DNA from: Candidatus Bathyarchaeota archaeon
GTDB lineage: Archaea; Thermoproteota; Bathyarchaeia; Bathyarchaeales; Bathycorpusculaceae
Assembly (NCBI GenBank): GCA_963775465.1
Contig: CAVZIW010000004.1
Location: 32,001 to 96,000 of the forward strand
DNA length: 64,000 nucleotides
Direction of reading: 5' to 3'
Shown here piece by piece: positions 29,487 to 38,923 of the stretch (the first letter of the stretch is position 1; each line of letters starts with the position of its first letter). The translations under genes were made by a program, and so were the position numbers. Under the pieces are notes generated by a model. The model was not told the origin of the DNA. It saw nothing but the letters and a program-made list of their open reading frames with translations, and searched no databases.

Positions 29487-30350
29487 TTACTCTGACGTTT
29501 CTTCAAGAGTCGACGATTCGGGTTTAGAGGCGCTTTTCTTGATTAGTTTCTCAGTGTTCTCTCCAGTGGGTAGTTGTTTGAACCCATATGTGCCAACTGG
29601 TGGCCAACCTGCTTCAGGCATAGATGAGGGTATTAACATTATAGTGTTTGTGCCTGATTGTTGACCTAGCTCGTAGATTATATTCATCCATCTAAGCCTC
29701 AACCCTTCAGCGCTTGACTCGTACATTTTTGCAGCCTCAATCATTTTTTGCGATGCTTCAAACTCGGCAGTGGCTAAGGTTACTCTTGCGATACGTTCCC
29801 GTTCTGCTTGTGCTTGTCGACTCATGGCGTCTTGTAGGTTACCAGGTATAATCACATCGCGAACCTCGACGGCGGTAGCCTTTATGCCCCATGACTCGGT
29901 TTTTTCGTCTATTATTTCACGCAGATGGGCACCGACTTTTTCACGCTCAGCAAGCAACTCGTTTAGGCTAACTTTGCCAATAACCTCTCTAAGAGTAGTT
30001 TGTGAGGCGAATTGAGTTGCTTGGTAGTAATTTTCTACTTGCAAAACGGCTTTCTCTAAATCCACGGGTTTCATGTAAAGCACTGAATCAACATTTACTG
30101 GAACGTTGTCTTTAGTTAAAGTTGACTCAGTTCGGAACTGAATTGTATCTATCCTTGTTGAAATCTTTATTGGTGCTCTGTCGATTAAGGGAAAAAGATA
30201 TGCTATTCCCGGACCTCGCAAACCGACGTATCTTCCTAATCGCAAGACTGGTATACGTTCCCATTCTTTCAGAACTCTAATACCACTTAAGAAGAAAAGT
30301 GCAACCAATATTGCAACAAAAGCTAAAACTGGAGTTAAAACATCAACCAT
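29487..30350 (-). CDS. SPFH/stomatin family protein
   Basis: LRLGRY..GPG, TLTKDNV, QTTLREVIG, AMSRQAQAERER. Confidence 0.92.
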   Translation of the reverse strand: MVDVLTPVLAFVAILVALFFLSGIRVLKEWERIPVLRLGRYVGLRGPGIAYLFPLIDRAPIKISTRIDTIQFRTESTLTKDNVPVNVDSVLYMKPVDLEKAVLQVENYYQATQFASQTTLREVIGKVSLNELLAEREKVGAHLREIIDEKTESWGIKATAVEVRDVIIPGNLQDAMSRQAQAERERIARVTLATAEFEASQKMIEAAKMYESSAEGLRLRWMNIIYELGQQSGTNTIMLIPSSMPEAGWPPVGTYGFKQLPTGENTEKLIKKSASKPESSTLEETSE

Positions 30351-30390
30351 TCTGGGTACCCTCGACTAGTGGTATCTGTGGTTTAAAGAG

Positions 30391-30786
30391 TTAAGCTTTT
30401 TGCTCAGCCGGTTTCACGATAAGAAACATGCCTTCCATATCCATAACTTGGATTTGCTGTCCTTTGAAAATAGGTGCCTCTTTGGCGGTTGCCTGCCAAA
30501 ACTCACCCAACACGCGTACTTCCCCGTTTGGGTTAAGGTCCGTTGTGGTAATGCCTGAAGCGCCGATGATGGCTTCCTTACCAGTTTTTATGCGTCTGTA
30601 TTGGGCTTTTACACCTACATAAAAAAGCCAAGCAGCAATTCCAGCAACAATAAGAAGAGTGATTGCCAAAATTGCTTGTACCGAGAGGGCTATTCCCAAA
30701 TAAGACATACCGATGCTTGCTGAAAAGATTAGCACTCCTCCTATTACTATCAATATTCCGGCTATGAGGGCAAGCCAAGCATGCAT
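30391..30786 (-). CDS. Short NfeD family protein (no protease domain)
   Basis: Two TM helices plus TGKEAIIG...L.PNGEVRVLGEFWQA. Confidence 0.85.
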   Translation of the reverse strand: MHAWLALIAGILIVIGGVLIFSASIGMSYLGIALSVQAILAITLLIVAGIAAWLFYVGVKAQYRRIKTGKEAIIGASGITTTDLNPNGEVRVLGEFWQATAKEAPIFKGQQIQVMDMEGMFLIVKPAEQKA

Positions 30787-30866
30787 ACAAATCCCTAAAT
30801 ATACTGTAGAAAGAATCTGCTTATAAGCTATTTACTTAATCTCTTAAATCTTAAAAAGAAAAATGG

Positions 30867-31016
30867 TTAGTTCCAATGTTCGTCAATGAACAAACTTAGT
30901 GATGGGTCTTCGCGTGAAACGATGCTCAGTTGCGGTATTATTCCTGGTCTTTTGCGCAGTGGCGGAGTCGGCATTGGAGATGGGGGCTCAAGCTCTAAGG
31001 GGATTTTGTTTATCAG
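30867..31016 (-). CDS. Putative Pro-rich peptide coupled to htrA (49 aa from CTG, 35 aa from ATG at 30974)
   Basis: GGAGG then CTGA overlapping the htrA stop; INKIPLELEPPSPMPTPPLRKRPGIIPQLSIVSREDPSLSLFIDEHWN. Confidence 0.5.
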   Translation of the reverse strand: MINKIPLELEPPSPMPTPPLRKRPGIIPQLSIVSREDPSLSLFIDEHWN

Positions 31017-31960
31017 TCTTCTTCGCCTCCGTGAGTGGTTGGGGTTATTGTTGTTTCAATTAGGTTTTCTCGGCGGATTATTGTGACTTTGGTTTCTTTG
31101 CCTATAACTTCTTCTGCAAGCAATCGTGGAAGGTCATAGAATTCTGTTACGGTTTTGCCGTTGAACTTGACAAGGACATCCCCCATGGCTAAGCCTGCTT
31201 GACGAGCAGGAGAACCGGGCTCAACAGAGAATATCATAACGCCTGTTTCCTGATCTAAACCTGCTTGTTCAGTGATTTCCTCTGGAATTGCTACTGTATT
31301 TGCAACTATGCCCAAGTAGCCCCGTTGCGGGACTCTACCAGTCATTAGGCGATCAGTAATACCTTTTATTTTGTTTATAGGTATGGCGATACCTCTTTGC
31401 CAAACGTAAGCTGTGTTTATGCCGATTAGTTTGCCTTCAACGTCGATGAGTGGCCCACCGCTGAAGCCGGGATTTAGTTGCGCGTCGGTTGCAATTATGT
31501 TTTCCATTGCGGTGGCGCCTCTCCAACCTCTGATAGTGCTGTTTACGCTGGTAACCATGCCGCTGGTTGCGGTTGGTTGGTTACGGTTAAACGGATTTGC
31601 TAACGCCAAAACGTATTGCCCTACGCTAATTTTTTCTGAATCGCCAGTTTCTATCGGTGTAAATTCGCCCTTCTCTGCTTTAAGCAAGGCTATGTCGTTA
31701 TAGGCGTCGGTTCCGACGATTTTTGCGTTGACTATTTTTTCGCCTTGACCGATTTTGACTGTTCCGCATCCCTGAAGTACGTGGTTACAGGTAACGATAT
31801 ACCCGTCTTTTGTTAGGACGACACCTGTACCACGGGACATTTGAGCTTTTACGCTCACCACTGATTCTGAGATTTTCTTAATCAGCAGACTTGTGGCGTC
31901 TGAGAGTGATTTTAGAACTGCAAAGGAACTAGTTAGTTGACTCATTCCATTTTTCTCCAA
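31013..31960 (-). CDS. HtrA/DegP-like trypsin protease with PDZ domain, no signal peptide
   Basis: Triad TCNHV, DIALL, NPGFSGGP; PDZ VEPGSPA...GDV. Confidence 0.9.
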   Translation of the reverse strand: MEKNGMSQLTSSFAVLKSLSDATSLLIKKISESVVSVKAQMSRGTGVVLTKDGYIVTCNHVLQGCGTVKIGQGEKIVNAKIVGTDAYNDIALLKAEKGEFTPIETGDSEKISVGQYVLALANPFNRNQPTATSGMVTSVNSTIRGWRGATAMENIIATDAQLNPGFSGGPLIDVEGKLIGINTAYVWQRGIAIPINKIKGITDRLMTGRVPQRGYLGIVANTVAIPEEITEQAGLDQETGVMIFSVEPGSPARQAGLAMGDVLVKFNGKTVTEFYDLPRLLAEEVIGKETKVTIIRRENLIETTITPTTHGGEED

Positions 31961-32020
31961 AAAAGTATATGGTTAAAAGAGTATTTGTTGACTAAGGAAA
32001 GCTAAAAGTCAGTCACAAAA

Positions 32021-32650
32021 TTAGGCGATAGATAAACCGCCATAGTAACCGACGGTTCTTGCCATATTGTGGCTTGCTCTTTTTGAACTTATACAGATTT
32101 TACCGATAAGTGACATCAACTGGTATGACGCTTTCAAAGCAAAGTCAATGTTATTGTTAGTTAAGAATTTGGCTTCGATGTTCAAGACCGTTCCTTGAAT
32201 GTGGGCTGCTATTTGTATGGCCCCATCTTCAGTTATCCATTTTAGGATGACACCTTGACTGTTTTCGGATATGCCGAACCAGCGAAGTGAACCGAACCAT
32301 TTCCCTTTCAGGTTAAGAATAAGCCGATGAGTCATGAGATCAGAAGGCAGGTAAGTTTGTATCAGTGTGGTTGTTGGGGTTTCCTTACTTGGCGAGCTAA
32401 GCTTAAGCTCGGTTATTTTGGGGGTCACCCTGTAACCTTCAAGTCCTTTTTTAATTATTTCTTCCTGTTCCAATCGGCTTAGGATGCGTGAGAGCGTTTC
32501 TGGATGGAGCCCAGTTCGGCGTTTTAGTCCATCAAAGGTGAAGGCAGCTAAGTCTTCTGTTTCTATTAGCGCCAAAATGTCAGCATCGCGTTCGCTAAGA
32601 GAATAATCATCGGGTAGGCTTTGCCAATTAACATTGAGAACAGGAACCAT
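32021..32650 (-). CDS. Winged-helix domain protein
   Basis: FTFDGLKRRTGLHPETLSRILSRL...GYRVT. Confidence 0.7.
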   Translation of the reverse strand: MVPVLNVNWQSLPDDYSLSERDADILALIETEDLAAFTFDGLKRRTGLHPETLSRILSRLEQEEIIKKGLEGYRVTPKITELKLSSPSKETPTTTLIQTYLPSDLMTHRLILNLKGKWFGSLRWFGISENSQGVILKWITEDGAIQIAAHIQGTVLNIEAKFLTNNNIDFALKASYQLMSLIGKICISSKRASHNMARTVGYYGGLSIA

Positions 32651-33102
32651 TAAAATAATGAGTGTTTTCATGTCGCTTTTGAAGGTTTTGGAGCACTTTA
32701 AGACAATCCATGAATTATTCCTGTCCAATCGGGATGATGAATTCAGAGAAGTTTTCTGAGTTAGTTTGAATGGACCCCAATGCCAGAAAACTTCTCGAAT
32801 TCAACCATATTGGCGAACAAATAGTGCCAGTCCCAATATGCAATATTCACGTTGCTACTACCACAAAAAATCGTGGTTTGACTCTTCAATACTTCTGAAC
32901 AATTCGAGTCGAGGTGTCCCTAATAATGTGGTGGCTGCACAATAAAATTCGACTTTTCCCCAGAGATCTTTGCAAACTTTGAAATAGTTTTCTGCCTGAA
33001 TTGCGGATTGCATTATCAAATCATCAAACAGCCAATCGAAATTATAGTAAAATCTATGCAATCGTCTAAAATGGAGCAACATTTTAACACTTAAATGATT
33101 AA

Positions 33103-33660
33103 ATGATATCAATGAAAGAAACAGAAGTCAAGATACTCGAAGTCAATCGGGAAGAAATCGAAAAAAGACTCGTTAAACTGCATGCTAAAAAAATCTTCGA
33201 GGGTAAGATCCAAACCTTATTTTTAGACTTCAAAGATTCAGAGATAGCTAAACAAAAAAACTTGCTCCGCCTGAGAAAAAATCCGCAAAAAACTGAATTA
33301 ACCTACAAGAAAGTTAAACGCACTCAAACTTTCAAGATAGCTGAAGAATATACAGTTGAAGTTTTAGACCCAGATACTCTGCTAAAGATTTTGGAAAACT
33401 TGGGGTTAACGGTAACTAGCACGATGGATAAGTATAGGTTGAGTTACAAACTAGACAATACTCAATTCGATCTTGACAAATACACAAGTGAATACGCGTT
33501 TATCCCCGAATTTCTTGAAATCGAAGCAGAAAACATCGACAAGATCCATCAGTATGCTGGGCTATTAGGTTTCAAATCTAAAAACTGCCTACCCTGGTCT
33601 ACAAAGGAACTAATTGAACATTATTCTGAACGCAATGAAAAAACAGAAAAATCAAGATAG
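33103..33660 (+). CDS. CYTH domain protein (class IV adenylate cyclase/triphosphate tunnel family)
   Basis: ETEVK, LLRLR, LTYK, DKYR, FLEIEA. Confidence 0.88.
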   Translation: MISMKETEVKILEVNREEIEKRLVKLHAKKIFEGKIQTLFLDFKDSEIAKQKNLLRLRKNPQKTELTYKKVKRTQTFKIAEEYTVEVLDPDTLLKILENLGLTVTSTMDKYRLSYKLDNTQFDLDKYTSEYAFIPEFLEIEAENIDKIHQYAGLLGFKSKNCLPWSTKELIEHYSERNEKTEKSR

Positions 33661-34122
33661 CTTTGGTTTTTTGGCAGATTTTGAACTATTAGATTTTAAC
33701 GCTGCTTTGACTTTCTTGGGGGCAACTTTTCTTCTTGGTGAAGGTTTTTTTGGGGCGTTCCACGAAGGGTATTCACCATGCTCTTTCTTGAAACTTTCAA
33801 GAAGCTTTTTTTGTGTTGCTTTCGGATTATCGCTTGTCATCCAGCTAATAGCTACTTTTTCAAGATAGCCATTCTCTAGTAGCATAGAGTTGATTTTTCG
33901 GTTTTTCTTGCCACCATAACCAGAAAGATAGCCGCCTAAGACCCGTTTTGGTGGTTTTCTTGATCTTCCGATGTACAATATGTCAGAGACGGGTTTTCCA
34001 GCGAGTGTTGAGTCAACTAGAATCAGTATGCTACTTTTATCGACAGGCATAGTTGAGTATGAAAGTTCTTTTATAGGAACGAAAGCTGCAAAACCATTTT
34101 CTTTAAGAGTGATAGAATTCAT
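33652..34122 (-). CDS. Hypothetical protein, GIY-YIG-like core with Lys-rich tail
   Basis: ILYIGRS...RV...HGEYPSWN; tail PKKPSPRRKVAPKKVK... Confidence 0.55.
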   Translation of the reverse strand: MNSITLKENGFAAFVPIKELSYSTMPVDKSSILILVDSTLAGKPVSDILYIGRSRKPPKRVLGGYLSGYGGKKNRKINSMLLENGYLEKVAISWMTSDNPKATQKKLLESFKKEHGEYPSWNAPKKPSPRRKVAPKKVKAALKSNSSKSAKKPKLS

Positions 34123-34428
34123 ATTTCTAATTAGCTGGGCGCAAAATTTAACCTTTGCTATATAAACTATTTTCAGCATATGTTCTATTTCCGATGCCTT
34201 ATGACATTTTTTCTCGAAGAAAGAAAACGGTGTTGGAATGCATTGGAAGGTTCCACTCTTTGAGCATGAAATTTTTGCTTCTCGAACTAAATGTGCCTAT
34301 GTCAGTTATTGCCCTAGGAAGCGCGAATCCTGACACAAAACATCAATAACGGTAACAAAAATTTTTTAGAATGGGTTTTGTATAAATATCCAGTCGTAAC
34401 CATTTCTACTCAAAGATAAACGATCAAA

Positions 34429-36582
34429 ATGAAATCAACTAAAACTCTGGTAAAGACTTTGTCAACTTCAAACAATTTTGATTCAGAGATAAACAATAAT
34501 AAAAACCTAGATAACCCCAGCTATTTTCTCAACAGAGAACTCAGTTGGATAAGGTTTAATGGTCGAGTCCTTGAAGAAGCGCACGATCTGTGGCATCCTC
34601 TGCTGGAAAGAGTAAAATTCATGGCCATCTGCGGCAGCAACCTTGATGAGTTTTTTATGACCCGAGTAGCTAGACTTATAAAGAAAAACAAGGTTGGCTC
34701 CAACGAAAAATCCATGGATGGGATGAGCTTCATGGAGCAGATTCAAGCTACACGCAAGGAAATAATTCCATTAATAGAAAATCTTTCAAATTGTCTGAGA
34801 AACGAACTCGTCCCAGCTTTAGCAAAAGAAAAAATCTATTTGGAGACTTTCAGAGATTTATCAAAAGAAGAAAAAGAAAGTATGCGTGATTTCCTTAAAA
34901 CAAAAATTGTTCCATCAATCAGAGTCCCCAAAGTCGGTTTTGATAGCGTATCAATTGAGAATCTACACATAACGCTTTTTATCACAGGTTTTAATAATCA
35001 ACCCAATTTTTGTATCCTTCTAGACGTGCCCACCGAAGAATTTGGAAGACTTATACCCATTCCAAAAAGTGAAAGCTATTCCGAGAAAAAATCAGTTGGA
35101 GAATACCGGTTCGTATTATTAGAAGACCTCGTAGTAAACAGCCTTGACATAATTTTTCCGACTGAACAAAATCTAATTGCATATCCATTCAGGCTGACGC
35201 GTAACGGAGAAATAGATATCCTGATGAACGAGTCCGCAGATTTCCTAAAAACAGTTCAAAAAAGTCTATCGAGCCGCAAGATCGGGTTCCCCACAAGAAT
35301 CGAATTTGACAAGAAAACCCCCAAAGCGGTTAGACAAATTATCGTTAAAAAATTAGGTTTGCCAGATTATTTGACTTACGAGTTTGACGGATTGCTCGGC
35401 CTTGTAGATCTTTGGCAGTTGCATAAATTAGATCGCTCAGATCTCAAAGACAAGAGTTTTAAGCCCTGCGTCTCACCAATGCTTACCCCCGAAAAAAACA
35501 TTTTTGAGTCTATTGCTAAACAAGACTTTGTTCTCTATCACCCTTATGATAGTTTTGAAGTCATTGTAGATCTTCTAAAAAGTGCAGGCTTGGATAGCTA
35601 TGTTTCGGAAATCTGCATCACAATGTACCGGATGGACCATAAATCACCGATTGTTGATGCGTTAATTGAGGCAGCTAACAGAGGTAAAAAAGTCACCGCA
35701 ATTGTAGAGTTGAAAGCCAAATTTGACGAGGAAAACAACATACTTCTCGTTACAAAACTACGCAATGGCAAAGTAAATGCTGTTTACAATTTCCCAAACT
35801 TTAAGGTTCATGCGAAACTATGCTTAATCGTTAGAAAAGAAAAAAACAACATTGTGAGATATTCACACATTGGCTCAGGCAATTATAATGCAGTAACTGC
35901 GAAGATATATGGAGACATAGGTTATCTCACATCCAACTTAGAAGTAGGAGTAGAACTTGAAGAACTATTCAACATAATAATTAATGGGCTTCAAGAAAAA
36001 GAAACCAAGCATCTACTTATCGCTCCAAAGACTTTAAAGAATGAAATTCTTAGGCGAATAGATAGAGAAATAAACTTTCACCAGAAAACAGGCAAAGGCT
36101 ACTTAGCTTTTAAACTAAACAATTTAGAAGAAAAAGAAATCATCCAAGCCCTCTATAAGGCGTCGATTGCAGGAATCAAAATAGATCTAAATGTTCGAGG
36201 TTTATGCTGTCTAAAACCTGGACTTAAAGGCATAAGTGAAAATATTTCCGTAATATCCATAGTAGGACGTTTCCTTGAACACGCTCGAATCTATTATTTC
36301 CGCGATGAAACTAACGGTGAAGTTCTTGTCGGAAGTTCAGATATGATGTTTAGAAACCTCAACGAAAGAATAGAAGTACTGTTATCAGTACCAGATCCTT
36401 ACTTGCGCCAAACAATTCTCCAAAACATGCTCAATATCCACCTTCATGATAACGTTAAAGCAAGAAGATTACTTTCGGACGGGACATATGAAAGGGTTCC
36501 AGTCAAGGAAGGTGAAGAAGTGATCAATTCTCAAGTCTGGCTAATCCAGAACAGAGGAATTTGGAATGAACGCCCAAAATAG
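34429..36582 (+). CDS. ppk1: Polyphosphate kinase 1
   Basis: NRELSW..FN.RVL, SNLDEFFMTRVA, HPYDSF, VELKAKFDE, KVHAK, GRFLEHAR, RNLNERIE. Confidence 0.95.
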   Translation: MKSTKTLVKTLSTSNNFDSEINNNKNLDNPSYFLNRELSWIRFNGRVLEEAHDLWHPLLERVKFMAICGSNLDEFFMTRVARLIKKNKVGSNEKSMDGMSFMEQIQATRKEIIPLIENLSNCLRNELVPALAKEKIYLETFRDLSKEEKESMRDFLKTKIVPSIRVPKVGFDSVSIENLHITLFITGFNNQPNFCILLDVPTEEFGRLIPIPKSESYSEKKSVGEYRFVLLEDLVVNSLDIIFPTEQNLIAYPFRLTRNGEIDILMNESADFLKTVQKSLSSRKIGFPTRIEFDKKTPKAVRQIIVKKLGLPDYLTYEFDGLLGLVDLWQLHKLDRSDLKDKSFKPCVSPMLTPEKNIFESIAKQDFVLYHPYDSFEVIVDLLKSAGLDSYVSEICITMYRMDHKSPIVDALIEAANRGKKVTAIVELKAKFDEENNILLVTKLRNGKVNAVYNFPNFKVHAKLCLIVRKEKNNIVRYSHIGSGNYNAVTAKIYGDIGYLTSNLEVGVELEELFNIIINGLQEKETKHLLIAPKTLKNEILRRIDREINFHQKTGKGYLAFKLNNLEEKEIIQALYKASIAGIKIDLNVRGLCCLKPGLKGISENISVISIVGRFLEHARIYYFRDETNGEVLVGSSDMMFRNLNERIEVLLSVPDPYLRQTILQNMLNIHLHDNVKARRLLSDGTYERVPVKEGEEVINSQVWLIQNRGIWNERPK

Positions 36583-38923
36583 TGCTGAAGCAAATCAAAA
36601 TGACTCAGGTTACTGCAAATTTGGGGCTGAAGTACTGTTGAACCTCTTAAATGTTTTTAGAAAACAAATTGATGGAGCTGTAAAAAACGAAGGCCCAGAG
36701 TATGTACATAAAACTCGCGTAATCTCTCGCAGAATAAGAGCCACTATGCCTCTTTTTAATGCTTGCTTTCAACCGAAAGACTTCAAGGTGTGGCTACGGG
36801 AAATCAAAAAAGTAACGCGCCTTCTTGGTGAGGCAAGAGACCTTGATGTTCAAATAGAGTTTATGGAAAAGTATATGGAAAAAATAGAATCTGCCGAGGA
36901 AAAAGAAGGGCTAGCTCCACTATTAAAGGCTCAAAGAGCAAGAAGAAAAAAAATCCAAGCATTTGTCGTAAATGAATTGGAAGAACCCAAAACAATCAAA
37001 GTTTTAGATAATCTCCAACTGTTTTGTGAAAGAAACGTCAAGGAGCAATTAATCACAGCGTATAATCCACAAATTGTTCTAAAAAAAGCCCGCTGGCACA
37101 TTTTCTTCAGACTAGACGATTTCTTGCAAATGGAAAATTACGTCCACATCGAAAAAGAGGCCCAAAAGCATCATGAAATGAGAATATATGCAAAGAAACT
37201 CCGCTATATAATGCAGACTTTTGCATCATTATATCAGAACAAACTCAGCCAAGAAATAGAAACTATCAAAGTCTTTCAAGACATCTTGGGTGAAATACAC
37301 GACTGCGAAGTTTGGATCGAATACATTCCTAAATTCGTTCAAGAAACAAACGTCAAAAACAAACTTAAACAAAATAGAAAAAAAATCAACAAAACAAACC
37401 AACCAATATTAAACTTCCTTGATTTTGTCAAAGAAAAAAGAAAAGAAAAATACAGACAATTTGTCTGCTTATGGGATGAAAATAAAAAGAAAAAATTCTT
37501 TACAAATCTCAGAAGAACTATCAATTCAGAAGTTGCCGCAAATGATAAAGAAAAAATAAGTCGAATTATCGAAAAACCACATGTTAAGATTGCAGTCTTA
37601 TCCGACATCCATGCCAACTTACATGCATTAAAGAGTGTAATTCAAGATGCCGAAACTCGCGGAGCTGAAGTCTTTATAAACGCTGGAGACTCAATAGGCT
37701 TTGGTCCTTGCCCCAATGAAGTTATCAAACTCTTATGTGAAAAAGACATCTTAAGCATTTTGGGGAATTACGATCTTGAGGTTATGGAGGGCAAAGTCAA
37801 AGCTAAAACTGAGAAAAATCTTTCTTTAAGATTTGCAAGAAGAGAATTGACAAAGTCCGCAGAATTGTATCTTTATTCCTTGCCGCGTGAACTTAGAATC
37901 GAAATGTTAGGCAAGAAAATTCTTGTTACACATGGTAGCCCTGAGTCTATTGAAGAGCACATTCGTATGGATACTCCAATTGAAAGACTCAAAGTATTAT
38001 CAGATTCGGGAAAAGCTGATGTGATTATTACGGGTCATTCCCATGAACAGTCTTGGCGACAGGTAAACAATACCTGTTTTATTAACCCTGGAAGCATAGG
38101 GAGACCAAACGATGGAAATCCTAAGGCAGGTTACGCAATTCTTAGTTTTAACCCTTTGAAAGTTGAACTAGCCCGAGTAAACTACGATGTTGAAGCTGCC
38201 GCAGATGCACTAAGAAAAAAGGGTTTACCTGAGAGTTTTGCTCAAATGCTATTATGCGGCGTTTCTATTGACACCATTATCAAAAAAGACCAAAACAAAG
38301 AAAATGATACTGTACAAAACTGCAAGAGAATGACGAAAGTCTCAAGAGAAATTTCGAAGAAATATTGGACTGACATTGACCACGCCGAAAAAGTCGGGAA
38401 GCTTGCTTTAGATCTTTTTGATGGCTTGATAAAATTACATAAGCTAGGTATTCATGAAAGATGTTGGCTCGAATGCGCAGCTTTCCTACATGATGTTGGT
38501 CTATCGAAAGCTCAAAAAAATCATCATAAAAAATCAGCACAGATAATCCTAAACGATATTGAGTTACCTTTCACATCTGAGGATAGACGGATAATAGCAA
38601 ACATTGCACGATACCACCGCAAAGCATTACCAAAAAAGAAACATTATAACCTTGCAACTTTAAACACGAAGACTCTTCAAAAAATAAAGATTCTAGCGAG
38701 CCTACTTCGAATAGCAGATAGTCTAGATTATACTCATCAATCAATAGTTGCTGAAATAATAATCAATATTGGAAACAAAAGAGCAACTATTGAATATCTT
38801 TCCAAAATAAAACCGACCTTAGAAGAACAGGCTTTTAACAAGAAGAAGAATTTGTTTGAAAAGGTCTTCAAAAAGAAAGTGGGACTGGTATGGAATCAAC
38901 AGTTAAAACCGCTGGACATGTAG
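36566..38923 (+). CDS. CHAD + metallophosphoesterase (YfcE/MJ0936-like) + Ppx-type HD domain fusion
   Basis: CHAD: VHKTRVISRR, RDLDV, HEMRIYAKKLRY. MPP: SDIHAN, GD, GNYD, THG, GHSH, NPGS. HD: HAEKV, LHDVG, ARYHRK, ADSLD. Confidence 0.85.
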   Translation: MNAQNSAEANQNDSGYCKFGAEVLLNLLNVFRKQIDGAVKNEGPEYVHKTRVISRRIRATMPLFNACFQPKDFKVWLREIKKVTRLLGEARDLDVQIEFMEKYMEKIESAEEKEGLAPLLKAQRARRKKIQAFVVNELEEPKTIKVLDNLQLFCERNVKEQLITAYNPQIVLKKARWHIFFRLDDFLQMENYVHIEKEAQKHHEMRIYAKKLRYIMQTFASLYQNKLSQEIETIKVFQDILGEIHDCEVWIEYIPKFVQETNVKNKLKQNRKKINKTNQPILNFLDFVKEKRKEKYRQFVCLWDENKKKKFFTNLRRTINSEVAANDKEKISRIIEKPHVKIAVLSDIHANLHALKSVIQDAETRGAEVFINAGDSIGFGPCPNEVIKLLCEKDILSILGNYDLEVMEGKVKAKTEKNLSLRFARRELTKSAELYLYSLPRELRIEMLGKKILVTHGSPESIEEHIRMDTPIERLKVLSDSGKADVIITGHSHEQSWRQVNNTCFINPGSIGRPNDGNPKAGYAILSFNPLKVELARVNYDVEAAADALRKKGLPESFAQMLLCGVSIDTIIKKDQNKENDTVQNCKRMTKVSREISKKYWTDIDHAEKVGKLALDLFDGLIKLHKLGIHERCWLECAAFLHDVGLSKAQKNHHKKSAQIILNDIELPFTSEDRRIIANIARYHRKALPKKKHYNLATLNTKTLQKIKILASLLRIADSLDYTHQSIVAEIIINIGNKRATIEYLSKIKPTLEEQAFNKKKNLFEKVFKKKVGLVWNQQLKPLDM

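Noticed and set aside
31985-32015. TTGACT...AGTCA upstream of htrA as another 11-6-11 site
   Set aside because: Arm order is reversed and the spacing is wrong.
32700-33112. Short ORFs between the wHTH and CYTH genes
   Set aside because: No recognisable protein pattern in the frames I read.
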